DNA from: Auanema rhodensis
Lineage: Eukaryota; Animalia; Nematoda
Reading direction: 5' to 3'
Assembly (NCBI GenBank): GCA_964057225.1
Contig: OZ059894.1
Coordinates: 21,328,001 to 21,392,000, forward strand
DNA length: 64,000 nucleotides
Position 1 is the stretch's first letter. Each line of letters opens with the position of its first letter. This document shows positions 1 to 12,100 of this stretch, piece by piece. The notes under the pieces are model-generated. The model did no database searches. It was not told the DNA's origin and saw only the letters and a program-made list of their open reading frames with translations. Made by a program: the position numbers and the translations under genes.

Positions 1-38
1 ATCGAGGATATAAGTGTGAACTTGTATCAGTTGATATC

Positions 39-105
39 TCGGTGCATTTTTAAGCTAGCGCAAATCTGATAACACAGATCGACGCAGCTTAAAAATCCGC
101 ATCGA
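39..105. other. Per-monomer long imperfect hairpin/dyad
   Basis: TCGGTGC(39-45)/GCATCGA(99-105) with one G-T; ATTTTTAAGCT(46-56)/AGCTTAAAAAT(86-96) perfect 11 bp; GCG(58-60)/CGC(83-85); ATCTG(64-68)/CAGAT(75-79); loop ATAACA. Confidence 0.85.
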
Positions 106-119
106 ATGCACTATACTAC

Positions 120-136
120 ATCAAGAAACGCTTGAT
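120..136. other. Per-monomer short hairpin ATCAAG-AAACG-CTTGAT with co-varying alleles
   Basis: 6-bp inverted repeat. Alleles seen: ATCAAG/CTTGAT, ATCGAG/CTTGAT, ATTGAG/CTTGAT, ATTGAG/CTTAAT, ATTGAG/CTCAAT. Confidence 0.7.
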
Positions 137-179
137 ACAAAAATTAGTTATGATCGTTTGAAAAATGATGCATTAGTGT

Positions 180-207
180 ATGTTGAGTTTCCATGTACAC
201 TCAACAT
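180..207. other. Per-monomer hairpin ATGTTGAGT-(10 nt)-ACTCAACAT
   Basis: Perfect 9-bp inverted repeat, nearly invariant across copies (T201A in a few copies near 5.5-7.2 kb). Confidence 0.8.
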
Positions 208-357
208 TGCTTCCAAAAACATTTTGACAAAAATTTTTTCGAAAAATTTCAAAATAATTTAGCAAAAAGTAGATGTTTTCAGATTCCTTTTTTTAAGGCA
301 AAGACGATGGACAATGTTATTCAACGAAAAAATTAATTCTTCAGGGTGAAAATCGAG

Positions 358-379
358 GATATAAGTGTGAACTTATATC
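358..379 (+). other. Per-monomer hairpin: GATATAAGT-GTGA-ACTTATATC (9-bp stem, GNRA-type loop), monomer positions 7-28
   Basis: Perfect inverted repeat in A24 copies; G24 copies have one G-T pair. Function is inferred, not shown. Confidence 0.8.
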
Positions 380-492
380 AGTTGATATCTCGGTGCATTT
401 TTAAGCTAGCGCAAATCTGATAACACAGATCGACGCAGCTTAAAAATCCGCATCGAATGCACTATACTACATCGAGAAACGCTTGATACAAA

Positions 493-689
493 AATTAGTT
501 ATGATCGTTTGAAAAATGATGCATTAGTGTATGTTGAGTTTCCATGTACACTCAACATTGCTTCCAAAAACATTTTGACAAAAATTTTTTCGAAAAATTT
601 CAAGATAATTTAGCAAAAAGTAGATGTTTTTAGATTCCATTTTTCAAGGCAAAGACGATAGACAATGTTATTCAACGAAAAAATTAATT
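493..689. other. Per-monomer nested long-range inverted repeats centred on TTCGAA (shown in monomer 2)
   Basis: AATTAGTT(493-500)/AATTAATT(682-689); ATCGT(504-508)/ACGAT(655-659); TTGAAAAATG(509-518)/CATTTTTCAA(638-647); AAAAACAT(566-573)/ATGTTTTT(624-631); AAATTTTT(582-589)/AAAAATTT(593-600). Partly low-complexity A/T pairing. Confidence 0.6.
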
Positions 690-2104
690 CTTCAGGGTGA
701 AAATCGAGGATATAAGTGTGAACTTATATCAGTTGATATCTCGGTGCATTTTTAAGCTAGCGCAAATCTGATAACACAGATCGACGCAGCTTAAAAATCC
801 GCATCGAATGCACTATACTACATTGAGAAACGCTTGATACAAAAATTAGTTATGATCGTTTGAAAAATGATGCATTAGTGTATGTTGAGTTTCCATGTAC
901 ACTCAACATTGCTTCCAAAAACATTTTGACAAAAGTTTTTCGAAAAATTTCAAGATAATTTAGCAAAAAGTAGATGTTTTTAGATTCCATTTTTCAAGGC
1001 AAAGACGATGGACAATGTTATTCAACGAAAAAATTAATTCTTCAGGGTGAAAATCGAGGATATAAGTGTGAACTTATATCAGTTGATATCTCGGTGCATT
1101 TTTAAGCTAGCGCAAATCTGATAACACAGATCGACGCAGCTTAAAAATCCGCATCGAATGCACTATACTACATCGAGAAACGCTTGATACAAAAATTAGT
1201 TATGATCGTTTGAAAAATGATGCATTAGTGTATGTTGAGTTTCCATGTACACTCAACATTGCTTCCAAAAACATTTTGACAAAAATTTTTTCGAAAAATT
1301 TCAAGATAATTTAGCAAAAAGTAGATGTTTTTAGATTCCATTTTTCAAGGCAAAGACGATAGACAATGTTATTCAACGAAAAAATTAATTCTTCAGGGTG
1401 AAAATCGAGGATATAAGTGTGAACTTATATCAGTTGATATCTCGGTGCATTTTTAAGCTAGCGCAAATCTGATAACACAGATCGACGCAGCTTAAAAATC
1501 CGCATCGAATGCACTATACTACATTGAGAAACGCTTGATACAAAAATTAGTTATGATCGTTTGAAAAATGATGCATTAGTGTATGTTGAGTTTCCATGTA
1601 CACTCAACATTGCTTCCAAAAACATTTTGACAAAAGTTTTTCGAAAAATTTCAAGATAATTTAGCAAAAAGTAGATGTTTTTAGATTCCATTTTTCAAGG
1701 CAAAGACGATGGACAATGTTATTCAACGAAAAAATTAATTCTTCAGGGTGAAAATCGAGGATATAAGTGTGAACTTATATCAGTTGATATCTCGGTGCAT
1801 TTTTAAGCTAGCGCAAATCTGATAACACAGATCGACGCAGCTTAAAAATCCGCATCGAATGCACTATACTACATCGAGAAACGCTTGATACAAAAATTAG
1901 TTATGATCGTTTGAAAAATGATGCATTAGTGTATGTTGAGTTTCCATGTACACTCAACATTGCTTCCAAAAACATTTTGACAAAAATTTTTTCGAAAAAT
2001 TTCAAAATAATTTAGCAAAAAGTAGATGTTTTTAGATTCCATTTTTCAAGGGAAAGACGATAGACAATGTTATTCAACGAAAAAATTAATTCTTCAGGGT
2101 GAAA

Positions 2105-4563
2105 ATCGAGGATATAAGTGTGAACTTATATCAGTTGATATCTCGGTGCATTTTTAAGCTAGCGCAAATCTGATAACACAGATCGACGCAGCTTAAAAAT
2201 CCGCATCGAATGCACTATACTACATTGAGAAACGCTTGATACAAAAATTAGTTATGATTGTTTGAAAAATGATGCATTAGTGTATGTTGAGTTTCCATGT
2301 ACACTCAACATTGCTTCCAAAAACATTTTGACAAAAATTTTTTCGAAAAATTTCAAAATAATTTAGCAAAAAGTAGATGTTTTTAGATTCCATTTTTCAA
2401 GGCAAAGACGATAGACAATGTTATTCAACGAAAAAATTAATTCTTCAGGGTGAAAATCGAGGATATAAGTGTGAACTTATATCAGTTGATATCTCGGTGC
2501 ATTTTTAAGCTAGCGCAAATCTGATAACACAGATCGACGCAGCTTAAAAATCCGCATCGAATGCACTATACTACATCAAGAAACGCTTGATACAAAAATT
2601 AGTTATGATCGTTTGAAAAATGATGCATTAGTGTATGTTGAGTTTCCATGTACACTCAACATTGCTTCCAAAAACATTTTGACAAAAATTTTTTCGAAAA
2701 ATTTCAAAATAATTTAGCAAAAAGTAGATGTTTTTTAGATTCCATTTTTCAAGGCAAAGACGATAGACAATGTTATTCAACGAAAAAATTAATTCTTCAG
2801 GGTGAAAATCGAGGATATAAGTGTGAACTTGTATCAGTTGATATCTCGGTGCATTTTTAAGCTAGCGCAAATCTGATAACACAGATCGACGCAGCTTAAA
2901 AATCCGCATCGAATGCACTATACTACATCAAGAAACGCTTGATACAAAAATTAGTTATGATCGTTTGAAAAATGATGCATTAGTGTATGTTGAGTTTCCA
3001 TGTACACTCAACATTGCTTCCAAAAACATTTTGACAAAAATTTTTTCGAAAAATTTCAAAATAATTTAGCAAAAAGTAGATGTTTTCAGATTCCTTTTTT
3101 TAAGGCAAAGACGATGGACAATGTTATTCAACGAAAAAATTAATTCTTCAGGGTGAAAATCGAGGATATAAGTGTGAACTTATATCAGTTGATATCTCGG
3201 TGCATTTTTAAGCTAGCGCAAATCTGATAACACAGATCGACGCAGCTTAAAAATCCGCATCGAATGCACTATACTACATCGAGAAACGCTTGATACAAAA
3301 ATTAGTTATGATCGTTTGAAAAATGATGCATTAGTGTATGTTGAGTTTCCATGTACACTCAACATTGCTTCCAAAAACATTTTGACAAAAATTTTTTCGA
3401 AAAATTTCAAAATAATTTAGCAAAAAGTAGATGTTTTTAGATTCCATTTTTCAAGGCAAAGACGATAGACAATGTTATTCAACGAAAAAATTAATTCTTC
3501 AGGGTGAAAATCGAGGATATAAGTGTGAACTTATATCAGTTGATATCTCGGTGCATTTTTAAGCTAGCGCAAATCTGATAACACAGATCGACGCAGCTTA
3601 AAAATCCGCATCGAATGCACTATACTACATTGAGAAACGCTTGATACAAAAATTAGTTATGATTGTTTGAAAAATGATGCATTAGTGTATGTTGAGTTTC
3701 CATGTACACTCAACATTGCTTCCAAAAACATTTTGACAAAAATTTTTTCGAAAAATTTCAAAATAATTTAGCAAAAAGTAGATGTTTTTAGATTCCATTT
3801 TTCAAGGCAAAGACGATAGACAATGTTATTCAACGAAAAAATTAATTCTTCAGGGTGAAAATCGAGGATATAAGTGTGAACTTATATCAGTTGATATCTC
3901 GGTGCATTTTTAAGCTAGCGCAAATCTGATAACACAGATCGACGCAGCTTAAAAATCCGCATCGAATGCACTATACTACATCAAGAAACGCTTGATACAA
4001 AAATTAGTTATGATCGTTTGAAAAATGATGCATTAGTGTATGTTGAGTTTCCATGTACACTCAACATTGCTTCCAAAAACATTTTGACAAAAATTTTTTC
4101 GAAAAATTTCAAAATAATTTAGCAAAAAGTAGATGTTTTTTAGATTCCATTTTTCAAGGCAAAGACGATAGACAATGTTATTCAACGAAAAAATTAATTC
4201 TTCAGGGTGAAAATCGAGGATATAAGTGTGAACTTGTATCAGTTGATATCTCGGTGCATTTTTAAGCTAGCGCAAATCTGATAACACAGATCGACGCAGC
4301 TTAAAAATCCGCATCGAATGCACTATACTACATCAAGAAACGCTTGATACAAAAATTAGTTATGATCGTTTGAAAAATGATGCATTAGTGTATGTTGAGT
4401 TTCCATGTACACTCAACATTGCTTCCAAAAACATTTTGACAAAAATTTTTTCGAAAAATTTCAAAATAATTTAGCAAAAAGTAGATGTTTTCAGATTCCT
4501 TTTTTTAAGGCAAAGACGATGGACAATGTTATTCAACGAAAAAATTAATTCTTCAGGGTGAAA
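2105..4563. repeat. 4-monomer (1405-bp) duplication including the 352-bp +T monomer
   Basis: 352-bp monomers start at 2456 and 3861. GATTG monomers precede them and TTTTCAG monomers follow them. Confidence 0.88.
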
Positions 4564-5265
4564 ATCGAGGATATAAGTGTGAACTTATATCAGTTGATAT
4601 CTCGGTGCATTTTTAAGCTAGCGCAAATCTGATAACACAGATCGACGCAGCTTAAAAATCCGCATCGAATGCACTAGACTACATCAAGAAACGCTTGATA
4701 CAAAAATTAGTTATGATCGTTTGAAAAATGATGCATTAGTGTATGTTGAGTTTCCATGTACACTCAACATTGCTTCCAAAAACATTTTGACAAAAATTTT
4801 TTCGAAAAATTTCAAAATAATTTAGCAAAAAGTAGATGTTTTTAGATTCCATTTTTCAAGGCAAAGACGATAGACAATGTTATTCAACGAAAAAATTAAT
4901 TCTTCAGGGTGAAAATCGAGGATACAAGTGTGAACTTGTATCAGTTGATATCTCGGTGCATTTTTAAGCTAGCGCAAATCTGATAACACAGATCGACGCA
5001 GCTTAAAAATCCGCATCGAATGCACTATACTACATCAAGAAACGCTTGATACAAAAATTAGTTATGATCGTTTGAAAAATGATGCATTAGTGTATGTTGA
5101 GTTTCCATGTACACTCAACATTGCTTCCAAAAACATTTTGACAAAAATTTTTTCGAAAAATTTCAAAATAATTTAGCAAAAAGTAGATGTTTTTAGATTC
5201 CTTTTTTTAAGGCAAAGACGATGGACAATGTTATTCAACGAAAAAATTAATTCTTCAGGGTGAAA

Positions 5266-6669
5266 ATCGAGGATATAAGTGTGAACTTATATCAGTTGAT
5301 ATCTCGGTGCATTTTTAAGCTAGCGCAAATCTGATAACACAGATCGACGCAGCTTAAAAATCCGCATCGAATGCACTATACTACATTGAGAAACGCTTGA
5401 TACAAAAATTAGTTATGATCGTTTGAAAAATGATGCATTAGTGTATGTTGAGTTTCCATGTACACACAACATTGCTTCCAAAAACATTTTGACAAAAATT
5501 TTTTCGAAAAATTTCAAAATAATTTAGCAAAAAGTAGATGTTTTTAGATTCCTTTTCTTAAGGCAAAGACGATGGACAATGTTATTCAACGAAAAAATTA
5601 ATTCTTCAGGGTGAAAATCGAGGATATAAGTGTGAACTTATATCAGTTGATATCTCGGTGCATTTTTAAGCTAGCGCAAATCTGATAACACAGATCGACG
5701 CAGCTTGAAAATCCGCATCGAATGCACTATACTACATTGAGAAACGCTTAATACACAAATTAGTTATGATCGTTTGAAAAATGATGCATTAGTGTATGTT
5801 GAGTTTCCATGTACACTCAACATTGCTTCCAAAAACATTTTGACAAAAATTTTTTCGAAAAATTTCAAAATAATTTAGCAAAAAGTAGATGTTTTTAGAT
5901 TCCATTTTTCAAGGCAAAGACGATAGACAATGTTATTCAACGAAAAAATTAATTCTTCAGGGTGAAAATCGAGGATATAAGTGTGAACTTATATCAGTTG
6001 ATATCTCGGTGCATTTTTAAGCTAGCGCAAATCTGATAACACAGATCGACGCAGCTTAAAAATCCGCATCGAATGCACTATACTACATTGAGAAACGCTT
6101 GATACAAAAATTAGTTATGATCGTTTGAAAAATGATGCATTAGTGTATGTTGAGTTTCCATGTACACACAACATTGCTTCCAAAAACATTTTGACAAAAA
6201 TTTTTTCGAAAAATTTCAAAATAATTTAGCAAAAAGTAGATGTTTTTAGATTCCTTTTCTTAAGGCAAAGACGATGGACAATGTTATTCAACGAAAAAAT
6301 TAATTCTTCAGGGTGAAAATCGAGGATATAAGTGTGAACTTATATCAGTTGATATCTCGGTGCATTTTTAAGCTAGCGCAAATCTGATAACACAGATCGA
6401 CGCAGCTTAAAAATCCGCATCGAATGCACTATACTACATTGAGAAACGCTTAATACACAAATTAGTTATGATCGTTTGAAAAATGATGCATTAGTGTATG
6501 TTGAGTTTCCATGTACACTCAACATTGCTTCCAAAAACATTTTGACAAAAATTTTTTCGAAAAATTTCAAAATAATTTAGCAAAAAGTAGATGTTTTTAG
6601 ATTCCATTTTTCAAGGCAAAGACGATAGACAATGTTATTCAACGAAAAAATTAATTCTTCAGGGTGAAA
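5266..6669. repeat. Dimer (702-bp) duplication
   Basis: TACACACAAC + TTTTCTT monomers (5266, 5968) alternate with ATACACAAAT monomers (5617, 6319). Confidence 0.88.
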
Positions 6670-9126
6670 ATCGAGGATATAAGTGTGAACTTGTATCAGT
6701 TGATATCTCGGTGCATTTTTAAGCTAGCGCAAATCTGATAACACAGATCGACGCAGCTTAAAAATCCGCATCGAATGCACTATACTACATCAAGAAACGC
6801 TTGATACAAAAATTAGTTATGATCGTTTGAAAAATGATGCATTAGTGTATGTTGAGTTTCCATGTACACTCAACATTGCTTCCAAAAACATTTTGACAAA
6901 AATTTTTTCGAAAAATTTCAAAATAATTTAGCAAAAAGTAGATGTTTTTAGATTCCATTTTTCAAGGCAAAGACGATGGACAATGTTATTCAACGAAAAA
7001 ATTAATTCTTCAGGGTGAAAATCGAGGATATAAGTGTGAACTTATATCAGTTGATATCTCGGTGCATTTTTAAGCTAGCGCAAATCTGATAACACAGATC
7101 GACGCAGCTTAAAAATCCGCATCGAATGCACTATACTATATTGAGAAACGCTTGATACAAAAATTAGTTATGATCGTTTGAAAAATGATGCATTAGTGTA
7201 TGTTGAGTTTCCATGTACACACAACATTGCTTCCAAAAACATTTTGACAAAAATTTTTTCGAAAAATTTCAAAATAATTTAGCAAAAAGTAGATGTTTTT
7301 AGATTCCATTTTTCAAGGCAAAGACGATAGACAATGTTATTCAACGAAAAAATTAATTCTTCAGGGTGAAAATCGAGGATATAAGTGTGAACTTATATCA
7401 GTTGATATCTCGGTGCATTTTTAAGCTAGCGCAAATCTGATAACACAGATCGACGCAGCTTAAAAATCCGCATCGAATGCACTATACTACATCAAGAAAC
7501 GCTTGATACAAAAATTAGTTATGATCGTTTGAAAAATGATGCATTAGTGTATGTTGAGTTTCCATGTACACTCAACATTGCTTCCAAAAACATTTTGACA
7601 AAAATTTTTTCGAAAAATTTCAAAATAATTTAGCAAAAAGTAGATGTTTTTAGATTCCATTTTTCAAGGCAAAGACGATAGACAATGTTATTCAACGAAA
7701 AAATTAATTCTTCAGGGTGAAAATCGAGGATATAAGTGTGAACTTGTATCAGTTGATATCTCGGTGCATTTTCAAGCTAGCGCAAATCTGATAACACAGA
7801 TCGACGCAGCTTAAAAATCCGCATCGAATGCACTATACTACATCAAAAAACGCTTGATACAAAAATTAGTTATGATCGTTTGAAAAATGATGCATTAGTG
7901 TATGTTGAGTTTCCATGTACACTCAACATTGCTTCCAAAAACATTTTGACAAAAATTTTTTCGAAAAATTTCAAAATAATTTAGCAAAAAGTAGATGTTT
8001 TTAGATTCCTTTTTTTAAGGCAAAGACGATGGACAATGTTATTCAACGAAAAAATTAATTCTTCAGGGTGAAAATCGAGGACATAAGTGTGAACTTATAT
8101 CAGTTGATATCTCGGTGCATTTTTAAGCTAGCGCAAATCTGATAACACAGATCGACGCAGCTTAAAAATCCGCATCGAATGCACTATACTACATCAAGAA
8201 ACGCTTGATACAAAAATTAGTTATGATCGTTTGAAAAATGATGCATTAGTGTATGTTGAGTTTCCATGTACACTCAACATTGCTTCCAAAAACATTTTGA
8301 CAAAAATTTTTTCGAAAAATTTCAAAATAATTTAGCAAAAAGTAGATGTTTTTAGATTCCATTTTTCAAGGCAAAGACGATAGACAATGTTATTCAACGA
8401 AAAAATTAATTCTTCAGGGTGAAAATCGAGGATATAAGTGTGAACTTGTATCAGTTGATATCTCGGTGCATTTTTAAGCTAGCGCAAATCTGATAACACA
8501 GATCGACGCAGCTTAAAAATCCGCATCGAATGCACTATACTACATCAAGAAACGCTTGATACAAAAATTAGTTATGATCGTTTGAAAAATGATGCATTAG
8601 TGTATGTTGAGTTTCCATGTACACTCAACATTGCTTCCAAAAACATTTTGACAAAAATTTTTTCGAAAAATTTCAAAATAATTTAGCAAAAAGTAGATGT
8701 TTTTAGATTCCTTTTTTTAAGGCAAAGACGATGGACAATGTTATTCAACGAAAAAATTAATTCTTCAGGGTGAAAATCGAGGATATAAGTGTGAACTTAT
8801 ATCAGTTGATATCTCGGTGCATTTTTAAGCTAGCGCAAATCTGATAACACAGATCGACGCAGCTTAAAAATCCGCATCGAATGCACTATACTACATTGAG
8901 AAACGCTTGATACAAAAATTAGTTATGATCGTTTGAAAAATGATGCATTAGTGTATGTTGAGTTTCCATGTACACTCAACATTGCTTCCAAAAACATTTT
9001 GACAAAAATTTTTTCGAAAAATTTCAAAATAATTTAGCAAAAAGTAGATGTTTTTAGATTCCATTTTTCAAGGCAAAGACGATAGACAATGTTATTCAAC
9101 GAAAAAATTAATTCTTCAGGGTGAAA

Positions 9127-12100
9127 ATCGAGGATATAAGTGTGAACTTATATCAGTTGATATCTCGGTGCATTTTTAAGCTAGCGCAAATCTGATAACA
9201 CAGATCGACGCAGCTTAAAAATCCGCATCGAATGCACTTTACTACATTGAGAAACGCTTAATACAAAAATTAGTTATGATCGTTTGAAAAATGATGCATT
9301 AGTGTATGTTGAGTTTCCATGTACACTCAACATTGCTTCCAAAAACATTTTGACAAAAATTTTTTCGAAAAATTTCAAAATAATTTAGCAAAAAGTAGAT
9401 GTTTTTAGATTCCTTTTTTTAAATCAAAGACGATGGAAAATGTTATTCAACGAAAAAATTAATTCTTCAGGGTGAAAATCGAGGATATAAGTGTGAACTT
9501 ATATCAGTTGATATCTCGGTGCATTTTTAAGCTAGCGCAAATCTGATAACACAGATCGACGCAGCTTAAAAATCCGCATCGAATGCACTTTACTACATTG
9601 AGAAACGCTTAATACAAAAATTAGTTATGATCGTTCGAAAAATGATGCATTAGTGTATGTTGAGTTTCCATGTACACTCAACATTGCTTCCAAAAACATT
9701 TTGACAAAAATTTTTTCGAAAAATTTCAAAATAATTTAGCAAAAAGTAGATGTTTTTAGATTCCTTTTTTTAAATCAAAGACGATGGAAAATGTTATTCA
9801 ACGAAAAAATTAATTCTTCAGGGTGAAAATCGAGGATATAAGTGTGAACTTATATCAGTTGATGTCTCGGTGCATTTTTAAGTTAGCGCAAATCTGATAA
9901 CACAGATCGACGCAGCTTAAAAATCCGCATCGAATGCACTATACTACATTGAGAAACGCTTAATACAAAAATTAGTTATGATCGTTTGAAAAATGATGCA
10001 TTAGTGTATGTTGAGTTTCCATGTACACTCAACATTGCTTCCAAAAACATTTTGACAAAAATTTTTTCGAAAAATTTCAAGATAATTTAGCAAAAAGTAG
10101 ATGTTTTTAGATTCCATTTTTCAAGGCAAAGACGATGGACAATGTTATTCAACGAAAAAATTAATTCTTCAGGGTGAAAATCGAGGATATAAGTGTGAAC
10201 TTATATCAGTTGATATCTCGGTGCATTTTTAAGCTAGCGCAAATCTGATAACACAGATCGACGCAGCTTAAAAATCCGCATCGAATGCACTATACTACAT
10301 CGAGAAACGCTTGATACAAAAATTAGTTATGATCGTTTGAAAAATGATGCATTAGTGTATGTTGAGTTTCCATGTACACTCAACATTGCTTCCAAAAACA
10401 TTTTGACAAAAATTTTTTCGAAAAATTTCAAAATAATTTAGCAAAAAGTAGATGTTTTTAGATTCCTTTTTTTAAAGCAAAGACGATGGACAATGTTATT
10501 CAACGAAAAAATTAATTCTTCAGGGTGAAAATCGAGGATATAAGTGTGAACTTATATCAGTTGATGTCTCGGTGCATTTTTAAGTTAGCGCAAATCTGAT
10601 AACACAGATCTACGCAGCTTTAAAATCCGCATCGAATGCACTATACTACATTGAGAAACGCTTAATACAAAAATTAGTTATGATCGTTTGAAAAATGATG
10701 CATTAGTGTATGTTGAGTTTCCATGTACACTCAACATTGCTTCCAAAAACATTTTGACAAAAATTTTTTCGAAAAATTTCAAAATAATTTAGCAAAAAGT
10801 AGATGTTTTTAGACTCCATTTTTCAAGGCAAAGACGATAGACAATGTTATTCAACGAAAAAATTAATTCTTCAGGGTGAAAATCGAGGATATAAGTGTGA
10901 ACTTATATCAGTTGATATCTCGGTGCATTTTTAAGCTAGCGCAAATCTGATAACACAGATCGACGCAGCTTAAAAATCCGCATCGAATGCACTTTACTAC
11001 ATCGAGAAACGCTTGATACAAAAATTAGTTATGATCGTTTGAAAAATGATGCATTAGTGTATGTTGAGTTTCCATGTACACTCAACATTGCTTCCAAAAA
11101 CATTTTGACAAAAATTTTTTCGAAAAATTTCAAGATAATTTAGCAAAAAGTAGATGTTTTTAGATTTCTTTTTTCAAGGCAAAGACGATGGACAATGCTA
11201 TTCAACGAAAAAATTAATTCTTCAGGGTGAAAATCGAGGATATAAGTGTGAACTTATATCAGTTGATATCTCGGTGCATTTTTAAGCTAGCGCAAATCTG
11301 ATAACACAGATCGACGCAGCTTAAAAATCCGCATCGAATGCACTATACTACATTGAGAAACGCTTGATACAAAAATTAGTTATGATCGTTTGAAAAATGA
11401 TGCATTAGTGTATGTTGAGTTTCCATGTACACTCAACATTGCTTCCAAAAACATTTTGACAAAAATTTTTTCGAAAAATTTCAAAATAATTTAGCAAAAA
11501 GTAGATGTTTTTAGATTCCTTTTTTTAAAGCAAAGACGATGGACAATGTTATTCAACGAAAAAATTAATTCTTCAGGGTGAAAATCGAGGATATAAGTGT
11601 GAACTTATATCAGTTGATGTCTCGGTGCATTTTTAAGTTAGCGCAAATCTGATAACACAGATCGACGCAGCTTAAAAATCCGCATCGAATGCACTATACT
11701 ACATTGAGAAACGCTTAATACAAAAATTAGTTATGATCGTTTCAAAAATGATGCATTAGTGTATGTTGAGTTTCCATGTACACTCAACATTGCTTCCAAA
11801 AACATTTTGACAAAAATTTTTTCGAAAAATTTCAAAATAATTTAGCAAAAAGTAGATGTTTTTAGATTCCATTTTTCAAGGCAAAGACGATAGACAATGT
11901 TATTCAACGAAAAAATTAATTCTTCAGGGTGAAAATCGAGGATATAAGTGTGAACTTATATCAGTTGATATCTCGGTGCATTTTTAAGCTAGCGCAAATC
12001 TGATAACACAGATCGACGCAGCTTAAAAATCCGCATCGAATGCACTATACTACATTGAGAAACGCTTAATACACAAATTAGTTATGATCGTTTGAAAAAT

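Larger units (their letters stand above)
1..351. repeat. Representative 351-bp monomer (AT-rich, ~32% GC, A/T tracts; EcoRV 33-38, NheI 54-59, NsiI 168-173, BsrGI 194-199, BstBI 238-243, AseI 332-337)
   Basis: Hand count of 54 C + 58 G in 351 bp. Restriction sites read directly from the sequence. The phase of the monomer is arbitrary. Confidence 0.97.
352..1753. repeat. Dimer (701-bp) duplication
   Basis: 350-bp AAAAGTTTTT monomers at 703 and 1404, each preceded by a matching TCGAG/CAAGAT monomer. Confidence 0.88.
1..9126. repeat. Array sub-domain A (monomers 1-26)
   Basis: TCAAG allele at monomer 121-125 is seen only here (last near 8545). Also has G24 copies, 350-bp and 352-bp indel variants. 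Boundary approximate. Confidence 0.7.

Noticed and set aside
7-72. Cluster of GATA motifs (incl. TGATAA) and hairpins as promoter/terminator elements
   Set aside because: These are expected by chance in AT-rich DNA, and there is no associated gene or transcript evidence.
159-168. TGAAAAATGA resembling the mouse major-satellite core motif; monomer size near Drosophila 359-bp and Tribolium ~350-360-bp satellites
   Set aside because: A short AT-rich motif and a similar length are not evidence of homology. I cannot assign a named family without a database search.
237-253. CENP-B-box-like TTCG....A
   Set aside because: It lacks the required CGGG half of NTTCGNNNNANNCGGGN.
215-294. Phased A-tracts causing intrinsic curvature
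   Set aside because: A-tract starts (215, 229, 242, 251, 264) are spaced 9-14 bp and mixed with T-tracts, which is not a clean 10.5-bp phase. It needs curvature modelling or a gel-mobility test.
338-344. CTGAAGA on the - strand, matching the hammerhead ribozyme CUGANGA core (retrozyme-type satellite idea)
   Set aside because: I could not build stem II closing onto a GAAA, or a stem I partner with an NUH site. The + strand CTGATAA (66-72) breaks the core consensus and also lacks stem I. An Infernal/RNAmotif search would be the decisive test.
2648-2860. 70-aa ORF (identical copy at 4053-4265)
   Set aside because: It exists only because a +T in a T-run of two 352-bp monomers bypasses a stop. 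It is absent from the other ~180 copies and has no recognisable protein features.
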